DNA from: Cyanophora paradoxa CCMP329
Taxonomy: Eukaryota; Plantae; Glaucophyta
DNA length: 64,000 bases
NCBI GenBank assembly: GCA_004431415.1
Contig: QPMI01000096.1
Span: 1 to 64,000 of the forward strand
Direction of reading: 5' to 3'
Both the position numbers and the translations under genes were made by a program. Under the pieces are notes generated by a model that did not search any database, was not told the origin of the DNA, and saw nothing but the letters and a program-made list of their open reading frames with translations. Below are positions 44,601 to 57,211 of this stretch, piece by piece (position 1 is the stretch's first letter; every line of letters begins with the position of its first letter).

Positions 44601-47576
44601 AGCCTGGGCGATGTCGTGCCCCTCCTGCTCTTCGCCGGCCGGATACTGGCCCCCGAGCTTGTCCTCCGACTTGGACCCGAGCCTTCGGAATACCTATCCG
44701 GGGCTTTTACCAATGTCGAGGATTGCGACACCGAGCGACTACACGTACCCCACATACGGGTCAGCGGGAGCTTACGGGCTCTCTCCAGCATTCACGTGAC
44801 TTTCGCGCAGGGCTTACGCGGCTTTCGATACCGCAACCAGCTGGTCCAAACTCAACTCGTCTGAGATGGAAAAGGTGTACGACAATCCTTCCTCGTGGCC
44901 GAAGACTCCAGCTTGTACGGATATCACGAAGTTCTGTCCGAGCGGCTCATCTGCACACACATACTACACGGCGAACTGCCCCTCTATAGCACCGACTGCG
45001 CCTTACGTGTTCCACTACCGTCCGTGGAGACCGACGGCGGTGCCGTCCTCATCTTCGAATTCGAGCCCCAATTCGGTGCTGGAGGCTGCAAAGGCGGTTG
45101 GTGCTCTTGTGGGGCCATACATCAGCATCCCAGCCGCGTCGTTCGGGTCTTTGGTCAGCTTGTTTGGTTCTGTGTACACCACGTAAGTTCCGTGTCGCTT
45201 CCGATCGCTCGCACCGCTCTACTGACGCTGCAATACAACTCGCTCGCAGTGGCCTCGGCGGCCGGGTAGGTTACTTCGAACATTCGCGTGTAGTGTACAT
45301 GTGCCGTTGTTGTCGCTCTGCTCAGATGTGCATGTACGCAGGCGTGGACATGGGAGAGGACGTCGGGGGGGAGCTTGCTGTACTCCAACGCGCCGGTGAA
45401 GGGAAGCGGCTCCATCTCTACGGATTCCACCGCTTTCCTGTACGGGCCGGACGCGCACGCGGCGCTGGAGGGCACCTGCCCGGCGACCGCGCCCGCCACT
45501 CCGAGCGCCATCTGGCGCGACATTCTAAACTACCAGGCGCGCGCCTTCTCGTTCGCGCTTCCTCTCTTTGCGCTCACTTCTGTGCGCAGGCGGAGCAGAC
45601 GGGCCGTGCGAAGGCGAAGGAAGCGAAGGCGCGGATCTGCCTGCCGATGTCCCTCGCAGAGGCCGCGCAGTTCGGCGACCCGGCCCGCACCGCCGACGGC
45701 CGCTACATCGTCCTCGGCGTGCGCTGAACCCTCGGCGCCAGCCAGGCTTGCAGTCTCGAGATCTAAAGGCGCGCGCTCCTTGCATGCGCAGGCGTCGAGC
45801 ATCCCGGCGGCGACGCTGTCGATGAACGTCAGCCTTTCTCTCGGCATCTCCAAGTCCGCGCTTCGAATCCGCTCGTACCAACAACATCCGGATCCAGGCC
45901 TTGGCTCACGCGCGAGATCGCAGGGCGGACTTCACGGCGGACAAGCAGAGCGCCTTCCTCGCGGCGATGGCGGCGCAGTTCGGCATCCCGCGCGGCCGCC
46001 TCCGCATCCTGGACATCCTGGAGACAGGGCGCCGCCTGCGGCGCGGCGCGCTGGCGACGAAGGGCATCTCGATCGTGGTGGCCGTCGAGAGCGCCCCGGG
46101 CGCTGACGCCGCCTCGGTCCGCAGTCCGGCATCCGTTCGGTAGACGACGTGAAAGCTGATCGTTCGGGCGCAGGTGACTTCGGCGATCCAGGCGGCGGTG
46201 AACAGCGCCAAGCTGCGCAACGAGACCTTCGCCATCGGCGGCATCTCCGTCAGCGGCGCCCTCGCCTCGGTCCGTCGACGTCGACGTATACGCGCTCGAA
46301 CTGTACTGATCGCGGTCTGTGCGCATGGGTAGATCAACGTTCCTGGTGCAGCGGGGGCGGTTCCAACTGGTGACGACTCTGCCCAGGATATCCGTGCGCT
46401 TCGCTTGAGCTTTGAAGTCGCTGCGTTTCGCTGGCATCGACGCGGGCCTAAATGCGCAGAGCTCATCGCGGATCTGCCGGGGGCGCCCAACGTGTTCGGC
46501 AGCCTCAACGCCACATGCGCCGCGGTCTTCAACTGCACCGCCTGCGCCGACACGTTCGGCCCCCTCGGTACGGCGCCCAGAGCAAGCTCCGCTCAGCTCG
46601 GTCGAAGCTCAAGGCTTGAACCCGACTGCAGGCCGCTGCTCGTGGTGCTCGGGGGCGTGCGTGGCGTCCGCCTTCTGCCCCGCCTCCCTCTCCCCGATCA
46701 ACGACGCCGCCTCCTGCTCCTTCACCAGTGCGCGCTTCATAATCATCGATATCCTCAGCCGGGCGCTCGAACCTTTCCTCACATCTCGTCGTTTTCGCGT
46801 GGCGCAGGCGCCTTCTCGCACCGGTTCGAGACGAAGACGTCGCCGCCCGACAGCTACTTCCAGAGCGACAGCGTCAAGGCCGAGTTCGCGGCCTGGTTCG
46901 AGTCGCTCCTCGGCCTCCAGAGCGGCGCCGTCAAGGTGCGCTAGCATCGCGTTTGATTTCTTATGTTTATATTGCGAGCGTTGTTGAGCGTGGAAATGGC
47001 AGATCCTGACGCTCGTCCGGGGCTCCGTCAACGTAACGGGCGAGGTTGGCCGTTTCAAGCTTTTCGCAGGCGTATCTTTATTCGATTTCACTCGACACCG
47101 ATCTCGTCGCGCAGATCCGCACGGCGGCTTCGGCGGCCACGGCGGAGGCGCTCAAGACGCGGCTCCTGCAGGCCCTCGCCTCGACGACTGCCTCGCGCAC
47201 CATCGGCGGCTTCGAGCTGCTGGCGTCCTGTCCCGCCGCCGGCTGCCCCGGCGCCAACGGCGGCGCCAGCGGCAGCAGCAGCAGCAACGCGGCCATCATC
47301 GGAGGCGTGGTCGGCGGCGTCGGCGGCGCCCTCGTTCTGGTCGCCATCGTCGTCGGCGTCTGGTGCGGGCTGAAGTTCGCTACTTGTTGCGAATCGCTCT
47401 AAACTCGAGCGGCGGGGGCATTCAGGGCCTACCGCAAGAAGGGGGCAAGCGCGAAAGACGCGCGGGTGCAAGACGCAGAGCGGGGCAAGACCCCGGCGGT
47501 GGCTGCGGCGCAGGTGCAGGTGGCCGCGCATCCCGTTCAAGAGACCGCGGGGCGTCCCGACGCCGCGCACTCATGA
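38615..47576 (+). CDS. Large Cys-rich type I membrane protein (signal peptide, SEA-like and PSI-like modules, single TM, short tail)
   Basis: Signal LPLAALALALVLLALAPRGASA; many short exons with gtgcgc..gcag introns; DFTADKQSAFLAAMAAQFGI and CSWCSGACV motifs; TM AAIIGGVVGGVGGALVLVAIVVGV followed by YRKK; stop at 47574-47576. Continuity through 42900-45250 is inferred. Confidence 0.65.
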
Positions 47577-49326
47577 GCGCTAGCGCTCCTGCGCGGGCAG
47601 CGCTGACGCATTTACATTGTTAAAACTCGTTCACGTTTTCGCGCGGCCGCGGGCATGCGCGTATACGTAGTGTCGGCAACGGTTTGTATCTAACACATCG
47701 TGCTTCCCATTCATTCGTAAGATGGCGATTCTTTCTTCTTTAAACGTTAGTTGAGGGCCATTAACATGGGTTACATGGCGACATTAATATTGTTGCATAC
47801 TGGAAAAAGTAGCTAGATGCAATTGTCCTGCGCCGCGAATTTCGAATTTCATATGCATTGATTGAATGTACCTCTAAATGAAAATCGTGATGTATATACG
47901 TACGCGTATATATACGTACGGCCACTAGTACTGGGCCAGTCAACGACTCAAAGTTGCAATCATTGAATTGCAAAGCGCGTACAACTATGATCATGATCTG
48001 CTGCTGGAATTCGAAGCTTAAGTGACCTATATAGCTAGGCCTATCGATATAGCTCGAGTCACACTGAGTTGCCATCGCAGGCCCATATGCATGCAGGACC
48101 AGATCTACCCCTGATCTAGATATGTATATATATATATCGATCTGTCGCTATATCATTAGCGCTAGCCGTATTGTCTCGGTGTGTCACAGCGAGCGAATTC
48201 ATTGATCATCGATCTGTCGCTGCCGAACCCACACACGTGCACCAGCCCCCATGGCCACCGAGCGCGCAGCTGCAAGTAGCCTGCAACTGCCGGCCGCGGC
48301 TACCCCTACATGTACAGCTCGCCGCGTGACTTCTCCTTCGATTCCGGCCCCGACGGCCAGTCAACAGAGACCGTCACGGCGTCGAATGGCCCTGCGACGG
48401 CGCCGGCTATCACAACGCTATAGCCTATAGGTCGCAGATTAAGAGACAAGATCTAGATCGCGACGCGGCGGCGCCGGCCCGCCTGTAAATATAAATCGAT
48501 ATCTATCCAATGCATCAGCAGTACTAGTGCAAGCCATCGCTCGCAGATCTAGAGAATCGAATCAATATTAATATAACCATGGACCCGGACATCGCGATCG
48601 ACCTCGCCTCCGCATGTGCAGAGCTGCAGCTGCCTCCATCCCCACGTTATATAACTACCGTTGCAATAATGTGCATGGATCCTGCCGCGGAGATATCGAT
48701 TGAAGGGCATCACACTAGTACTAGTACTCCCCCGGCCCCCCCCGGCCCCCCCCCCCCCCCCCCCCCTGCAGAGATCATCATTTGCATCAGCTGCGCATGC
48801 CCGAACCCTGCAGCCGCCCATGGGGCCAGGTCACCACACGTTCGTGTACGGCCGCGAGCACCCCAATATTAATGTGACCCAACACCGACCGGTACCGCCG
48901 CCCATGCGTATGGCCAGCCCGGCCCGCGCCCGCGCCCCCCCCCCCCCCCCCCCCCCAGGGCCCCCATCCCCCTCCCCTGCCCCCTTCCCGGAGTCCCCCC
49001 TCCCCCCCCTCCCCCCTTCCGGCTGGAGTCCTAGCTATAGCCTATATATAGCCTCGAGCCTGGGACTCTGGGAGCTAGGCTGCCGGCGCCAGCCTAAATT
49101 AAATTGCCAGCTGCAGGCTGAGGCTGCTGCGCATGCTGAGCGCGCGCCCGCGCCGGCCGCGGGCCGCGCCGGCGGGCCGGGCGACGGCTGGCCGCCGCCT
49201 ATAGCTACCGGGCCGGCGCCGGCCCGGCGGCGCCAGCCGCTGAGCCCGCGGCCAGGGGGGGTGGGGGAGGGGGGGGGGGGGGTCATAATCATGATTAAAT
49301 TAAATCATCATGTCATATATATATGG

Positions 49327-52300
49327 TGCGCTGAGCGGGATGCGCTAAGCAGTTGGCTAGGCCCAGAGGCGCCCCAAGCAGAGAGGGACAGGCCCGTACA
49401 GCACCGTAGGGCGACGGCAAGCGGGTGCCATTACGTACACAGCAGGCGCAGAGCCGGCGTAAGACAGCAAGTAACAGGTACAGCGTAAGACAGTAAGTAC
49501 AGAGAACAGGGACGAGAACGACAGCCAGCAAGCGAGCGCCGCGCAGGGCAAGCGAGGGCCCAGGGCTAAAATAAGCGGGCCAGTTGGCAACAACGTGGCA
49601 CCAGGAATAGCAGGCTACAAAGGGTACAAGGCAAGGCAAGCTGCCGGCTTAGAGCCGACGACCAGGGCTAGCTGGGAGTCGGAAAGTGGGCGGCACACGC
49701 TTCCCGCTACAAAAAGCCGTCCTCGGCGCTACGAGCTAAAGGCTGAACTAAAGCTGCGTAGGCGAGGCTGAACGGACTACGAGCCACTGGGCCAAAAGCC
49801 GGCTACCGTCCCTGCACAGAAAGCCGTCCTCGGCGCCACAGCGGGCGGGCCAGAGGGGCAAATTAAAATCCATCAGGCCGTCGGCACCAGTATGAGGAAC
49901 TGGGCCCAACAAGGAAAGTTGGGTGAGGGACCCACGACCTGACGCCAGAGCGCGCGGAGCGCCGCCAGCCAACCGGGGGCAAACCCTCTAAATCCCGCCG
50001 GAGGGGAAAACGAGTGCTAGCGCTAGCACTAAGCTCGAATTCGAAACCGGCGCCGCGCCGCAAGCCGCCGGGCTGCGGCGGCGCCGGGTCGAAAGTTCCA
50101 CAGTGTAGAAGGTACTTGATGTAGAATGTAGGAGTGTAGGACCGCAGGCTCGATCAGCAGAGCCGCAGCGGCAGAGTACGCGTTGCGGGCCAAGCTCGGC
50201 GCAGCTTGCCGCATTGCGTTGCCAAGTGACTCGGCCGGCGGAGTCACAAGGCGGGGCGATCGGACAGCACAGTAGAGTGTGCAGCCGCGTACGCGTAGAG
50301 CAGGCAAGCCATGAAGAGTAGAGGCGGCGAGCCAGTCGTACGGGGTCAGGCTCCGCAGCAGCAGCAGGCCACTGGTCGCATCATACAGACCCATCGCCAA
50401 GGATCTTCCACGATCAGACGGGATGGCAAACCACGGACACAGCTATCGAGTCCGCCGGCGTACGCAGATGCAGCGCGTAGCCAGGGCTTAGGCAGGCCAC
50501 CATCGCGGGACAGGAGACAGCATCAGCGCGGCCCGGAATGATCATCGGTGCTCGCGTGATAGTCGTAGGCAAGACGTATGGACCTCTCAGCAGCGGAGAG
50601 TCGCAAGCGGAGGCTTGGTCGGAAGCACCCGGACTAGAGCGCCGGTGCGTGCTGGCTTGGTCAGCGTGGAATCACCCACAGCTAAGCAGACCGAAACAGC
50701 GCTGGCGTCCAGCTGGCATCACCCAGCTGCCAGGTTCAACCGATGCACGGGAATCACCCAACGGGCCGACGCAGTCGACGCGCGAGCGTGAAGACTGGTC
50801 GCGGGGCATCACCCAGTGCTGCTTGCTGACGCTCTTCAACAGACAGGTCCGCTGTCCGCCGTCCAACTTTAGCTATGGCTGCTCACGTCGTCGTAGGACG
50901 TTCCAGAGCGCATTCTTTACGCTTCTGTTGACCTTCGCCCGCCGGACAGGCCTCGGTCAGACCTCCGCCCGCTGAACAGGCCTCGGTCGCTGATCAAACG
51001 CCCCCGACAGGAAAGAACGACAGTCCGCACACGCGTGAGATGTGCGTGAAGCGACTGACATCTGGCTTGACGAGCTGGACGTCCCGGAGAAGGGCAGCTA
51101 CGTCGTCGGAGCCAGGGCAAGGTCTTGGCATCTTGTCTACCGTCTAGGTGCGACAGCGCGCACAGTAGACTTGACAACAGATAGATGCGCTTCCTCGCAT
51201 AGAGATCGCTGTCAAGTGGAGCTGCGCCGGCTTCCACTGACGCGTACGCAACCCGCAGAGCCGAGAGAGACGCGGAGCCGCACGTCCTCTGGATGCAGGG
51301 TGGAGTCAAGTGGAGTGATCCTCACGAGGGATGCCACTCGCCGCCGCTGAGCGTGCCTCGGGAGGTCCGCAGGCGCCACAGCAGCCGTCGTAGGTAAGAC
51401 CTCGGGCGCGTACTGGGGCCATGTTATCCCAGGGGCTTTCACGTCGCAGCGGTTTGACTCCATGCGTTCTTCAGATACACTCGCCACCATTGAGCGTGCC
51501 TCGGGCTAGCCGGAGGTGCCATCGCAGCCGTCGTAGGTGAGACCTCGGGCGCGGACTGGGGCCATGTTATCCCAGGGCATTCACGTCTTGGCGGGCTGAC
51601 TCTGTACTTTCTGCAGAGAGAAAAGATTGATTGACCGGCGCTTCATAGCTGCCTGGCGAGCCTGGCATGTCACGAGCATGCGGGCAACTCGACAAAACAA
51701 GACGACGACGAAAAGAAGGTATGTTTGTGAAGAATACTCATTCAGACAGCTTTTATCATCATACGTCTCACTGCACGTGGACCAGAGAAGAAACGACATG
51801 CCACGACGACAAGAAGATCATCATTCGATCGGCGTCAACACGCAATTCGATCGGATGACAACATGTGTAGATGTAGATGTAGCTGGTGTTGCTCCACATA
51901 CAATACAATACAGTTTCACTCGACATGCGCGCGGGCTGCATCAGCATTTGCTCTTGAGCGCAGCAACGGCACGTTTAGATGACTGCGAGCGCATGCGGCT
52001 CAATAGACGGGTTGGCGGACGCTTCCCACTACAGAAAGAGTGGCGCGCCAGGTCCGTAAGCAAGAAAAGGCGCAGTGGCGGGTGGAAAGGCATGAACCAT
52101 GCGGTTCGTATTGCTAAGCTCTGCCGCATAGGCGCTTCCCACTACAAGAGAGTGGAGGCCGTACGCGCAAGCCGAGGCAAACGATGGCATGCTTGTCCAG
52201 GGGTTCGGGCAAGAGCGCAGCGTTCGTCCCCAGGCATACGAGCTAAAAAGTCGAAGCCCAACGCAGCAGCCCCCATGCGCTGAGCGGGATGCGCTAAGTA

Positions 52301-52646
52301 GTTGGCTAGGCCCAGAGGCGCCCCAAGCAGAGAGGGACAGGCCCGTACAGCACCGTAGGGCGACGGCAAGCGGGTGCCATTACGTACACAGCAGGCGCAG
52401 AGCCGGCGTAAGACAGCAAGTAACAGGTACAGCGTAAGACAGTAAGTACAGAGAACAGGGACGAGAACGACAGCCAGCAAGCGAGCGCCGCGCAGGGCAA
52501 GCGAGGGCCCAGGGCTAAAATAAGCGGGCCAGTTGGCAACAACGTGGCACCAGGAATAGCAGGCTACAAAGGGTACAAGGCAAGGCAAGCTGCCGGCTTA
52601 GAGCCGACGACCAGGGCTAGCTGGGAGTCGGAAAGTGGGCGGCACA
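49327..52646 (-). mobile_element. Non-autonomous LTR retroelement (371-bp LTRs at 49327-49697 and 52276-52646)
   Basis: TG..CA LTRs with one difference spotted; 4-bp TSD ATGG; PBS-like TGGGGGCT next to the right LTR on the minus strand; purine-rich GCGGGAAGCG before the left LTR; no gag/pol motifs inside. Confidence 0.9.
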
Positions 52647-53167
52647 ATGGATCCGATGCTCGCGATCGATCGCGAGTCTTCGGAGATTCAAAGGATTCGC
52701 GATCGGAGTCCGAATCTGTCCGATGATCATGATCGGACTCGCGAACTTCGGAACTTCGGAATCGCGAATCGCGGATCAGATCTAGATGATTGGCGATTCG
52801 CGAATCACGAATTCGCGATCGACCCTTGTACTAGTACAGTACTTGTGCTAGGCAGTGTAGTAGGCACTTGCAATTGTCTGCGGCCGCGGGCGGCGCGGCC
52901 GGCGCCGGCGGCGCCTACCTAGTACCTACGCCGCCTAGCGCAGCAGTAGTAGCGCTCGATCGGAATACTAGTAATGAGACGGAACTTGGAAGTTGGAAAT
53001 TGGGCGGGAGTCCGGGACCCACTGGAGGCTGGAGCTGCCTCCGAGCTGGCCAGTGGCCACTGCAGCTGTGGCCAGCCTAGGGCGGCTAGTAGGGCCTAGG
53101 CCGCCTAGCTATACTAGTACTAGTCTAGTAGACCGGGCATATAGGCCTATTAGGCCTAGGAGGCTGT

Positions 53168-53710
53168 TACCGGTACCCGTAAAACACTTATAATTAATTA
53201 ATGCGCCCGGTATTAATGCATATGCGTTTTTGGACCCGGACCCCTAGTATGGCTAATAATGCGCCCCCGAATTAATGCGTTTTGAAGCTGTTTGGCTGCG
53301 GAAGGTGGGGTACATACTTCAGTTTCTTAGGGTTTCGATAATAATGAATCGATATTAATGCGCCCCCGATTTAATGCGTTTTGCCGGCGGAAAACGCATT
53401 AATTATAATTAGGGGGCGCATTAATTAAGTGCGCGCATTACTTATTTTTTTTTGGTGAATTACCGGCCACAGTCTCTAGACACCAGCACTGCGGGGGCTG
53501 CCCAGGGGGCATAAAGACAAAAAAGCAAAATAACTAAGACAAGAGCACGAAGAAAGATAAGACAAAGAGCCAAAATCGACAATAAAAAAGGAAAGACACA
53601 GAGCTCGAAACAGAGCGATAGCGAGAAGAGACGATAAATCGAGCAGATCTAGGGACAGAGGAGAACTGACACGAAGAAGAGCCAGACTTAAGTGCTCTAC
53701 CGTACCGGTA
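53168..53710. mobile_element. Degenerate MITE-like element (imperfect TIRs, internal ATTAATGCG repeats) interrupted by a LINE-A tail
   Basis: TACCCGTAAAACACTTA versus TAAGTGCTCTACCGTA; TTAAGTGC is duplicated around the LINE piece. Confidence 0.5.
53445..53686 (-). mobile_element. 5'-truncated LINE-A 3' tail with poly(A)
   Basis: Matches 22131-22375 with a few substitutions. Confidence 0.9.
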
Positions 53711-54142
53711 TACGTAGTACGGTATAGGCCGCGGTGGCCGGTCGGAGCCTGGTCGGTTTGACTCGCGATCGGTTACTAAAGTTAAGAGGCTGCGGAGTCT
53801 ATCTGCTAGGCTACCGGTAGTCTCATATGCATCTGCGGTCAAGGTTCTTAAGTGGTGTACTAGCTACTAGTACCGGTATATATAGTGCTGCTGCACGGCG
53901 CGCGCGAACCGGATCGGAGTCCGACGGTCAACGCTGTTCGAATTCTGTGCCGTGCGAACTCTGAACTTAAAAGAGTCTGAAGCACTTTGAATTCTCTATC
54001 TTTGAGACAACTTCAGACAAGTTTAAGGTACGAATACGTATACGCGGGGCGAGCTCGAGGAGCCGGTACAGTGCCGCAAGGTTTACGTTAACGTTGCTGA
54101 CTTAGCAAACGTGCGCGCACATACGCAGACGCAGACGCTGAG

Positions 54143-56803
54143 ATGACCGATCCGTACAGAGACTCGGCGCTCAACCCCCATCCCGGATACGGTGGATGGC
54201 TTTCACCGTGAGCTCGCTAAGCTCGCGAAACGCGATCTTTTCATGCGTTCTGACATCGCGTTCTTTTCTCTTTTCTGCATGCCGAACGTACAGTTTCCCC
54301 GAGTACCAAGAGGGGATTCTAAGAGGCGGGAAGGCTGAGTCATCAGATCCGAACGTGCTAACCCGCTCAAACCCCTACTATGTGATCGGTGTGTTCGTTC
54401 GATCCCATGTTCGCTGTCCGAAGTTCCCGCATTAACTTGTATATGCACGCACATATAAAAGTATATGCACACTTATGCATGGCTTAAGGTTTTGCGTAGA
54501 TGGAAACACGTCTCAAAATGGTGGGTGCTCACTGCTGAGGCATATGGGCAGACGCCGCCCTCTGTTTCGGTGACTTTGCAAGTGCGTGTGCAGAATTCGA
54601 AGTCACCGTGGCACCAAACTTGAAATCTAACATGTACAACGGATCTTGTACGACCTAATCTTGCAATTGCGCAGAAAGATCATTACATCAAACGAGTCGA
54701 GATTACCCCGGGATACAACGGCACTCAACAGTGTACGCGCATCGATTTTTTAATTATAATATAAGTGATGATGCGTGCACAATTGCGAGCGTTAACTTCT
54801 CGTCACCGCAGATCCCCTCTCGAACTTCAAGATTCAATTGCTGAACGATTATCAAGTGGTGATCATAAAATTTCCATACCATGCAATAAAAAGCGTTGAT
54901 TGGCGGAACGGACCGCGACGCTTATAATGATCATAGTATAATTAACTTAGCAAGCTTGCGCACAGGTGCACGAGTCGCCTGTGTTCGCTGGAGCGCAGAT
55001 AAACGCCGTGACCGGGAGTCACACGTACGACCTACCATTACTTGCTTTTGGTTCGCATGCGCATACCATTGCTTGAATATTTAACATTCTGCTGACCGAT
55101 CGCAATGATACCGGTACCGGTGCGTATACGTAGCCGACACAGTCAAAGTTGTTGGCGCTGGTCTCGGTACGTTTATAGCTATAGCTACATGCGTACGCGC
55201 TCAGGCGCACGTGCACGGAATGGATATAATATATAATATATTAATGCATCTGACATACTAGTACTGCTGCGCAGACTCAAAATTGGGCATTGCTGAGGTG
55301 GATGCTTTGAGCCAGGGTTCGCAATTGCAATGTATACAGCTAGGGCGCATCGCTACAGCCCCTAACGTTAATTTGCCATCTTCGCGCACGCTCAGAGGCT
55401 AGAAATCTTGCACTGTTTCAATCAACAACTACTGCGTCCTCGTATTGTGCGTGTCTTCGAATTCTTTTTGTACCTCAGGAATTTCTTTCACTTTCGCTCT
55501 CTCTTATTGCTGAATCGACAGATAAGTCACTCAACATGAGCGGTCCATCACTTGCTACTGGTAATCTGGTCGAAGTCGCAGAAAAGCTATCTCGAGTTCA
55601 TATTGCACTTGCTGAATTGCGTTGCAGATGGGCAAGGGTACCATGGAAAGTTCTACGGACTTCACGACGTTTTCGATGTGTTCAACACGTACCACAGCAG
55701 CCTGAGCGACACTGCGCCCTGGGTTCAGGTCGATCTCAAGGTTTGCTTTTCAGGAGCGCTAGCAATGAGCTCTTGGAATGTAATTAATTCCTTTCGAATT
55801 CGTAACAGGCGGACTCCCGTATTGACGAAATCGACATCTACAACGTGTGTTCGACTGCAAATTTCTGATCGATTTGAATTGCAATTGCATATGCATGCGC
55901 ACATTAATATTGGACACTTGCGCGTCTTTCCACACAGCGCAATGACGAGTGGAAGTACGACTCGCGTCTGAGTGACTTCAATTTAATTGTTTACAAGGAC
56001 GGGGCTGAGGCGCGTTAACGTTTGATTTGCCTTTAACTAGCTATTGTATCATATGCATGCCCGGCAACTCGTTGCTTATCGCTCGCGATCGCTGCAGGTT
56101 TATAATTCGGGCTCCATTGTTCCGGATTTTACTTCAACGGGCCGCAACACATCCAACGGGTTCTGGTCCAACGGTCCGAATTACTGGAACCTCTTCAAGC
56201 ACCGGATCCCCAATGGCGTGGAAGGTGCGGATGTAGGTCTAAGGCTACCTCGAGATGTTGATTCCTGATTACGCCTCGCGATCGATGTATATGCAGGCGA
56301 TGCCGTCAAGATCGTCAAGCCGAACGGCGGGGTTCTGAATTTCGGCGAGCTGCAAATCCTTGGTAATTTCGGCATTTGTTTCCTGAATGATTCACGCCTG
56401 TAAGTTATACGTGTATATACGTTTACTTGCAGGCAAACCACTCCTCGATACTACGCCTTTGCCAAGTCAGCTTGGTGACTCGACTCTGCTATTCGCTTCT
56501 TTTAATTCAACCACTTCCTCTGATACGTATACTGATCATGACGTCTATTATATGTACTTGCAGATGCCGAGGACCAGACTGTGCAGGTACCATGCCAGTG
56601 TCATCAACAACTGTGTATACATTGAGCTTTGCGCGCATTTGCATGCTGATCGTGGCGTGCACGTGCAGGCGGATATCGATATCGATGAAGACGCGCATGC
56701 CGCGTTCGACAGCGAGGAGCTCGAGCACGAGGGGATCGAGGACGCGGGGCTCTTCGAGTCGAACGACGAGGACGCCCTCCTCGCTGCGATCGCCGCCATG
56801 TAG
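54143..56803 (+). CDS. Multi-exon protein with two galactose-binding-like (F5/8 or F-type lectin) domains and an acidic tail; possibly partial or pseudogenic
   Basis: NPYYVIDGN..KDHYIKRVEITP..LSNFKIQLL; TYHSSLSDTAPWVQVDLK..IDEIDIYN..RNDEWKYDSRLSDFNLIV..VKIVKPNGGVLNFGELQI; last exon DIDIDEDAH..AAM-stop. Start uncertain. Confidence 0.6.
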
Positions 56804-57211
56804 TCCTAGTGCTCGTGCACGTGTTCGAATTCGTGCCCAGATATCGATATATAGGGATTTTCCTGGCGGCGAGTTGTGTTCCGATGATCATCATAGTGAT
56901 AAAGTAAAGTGCGAATCCAGGCCTATATCTACAGGGGCTCCAATGTAATGTTCCAATTGCGCCAGCTGCAGGGGTGCCGCCTTGCTTGCGTCGAAGGCGG
57001 CGCGGTGCATGTGGGCGAAGCTCGCGGGAGCGCGTGCATAAGCAGCATAACCATTAGCTTACATTTAATTTGTCCGCCCATGACCATCATAGCAGAATAA
57101 ATGAATAAGATCACTCTATATATGCCGGCGCAGCTGGGGGATGTAATTATTCCCCAAAGCAGAATCTGCATCGTTGTCGAGAAAAACTAGAGTTCAGAAT
57201 ATTTAATGCGC

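Noticed and set aside
48230-48430. Coding-like relic (YPYMYSSPRDFSFDSGPDG)
   Set aside because: Too short and overwritten by palindromic insertions to assign.
49700-52275. ORFs inside the LTR element
   Set aside because: No gag, protease, RT, RNase H or integrase motifs recognised.
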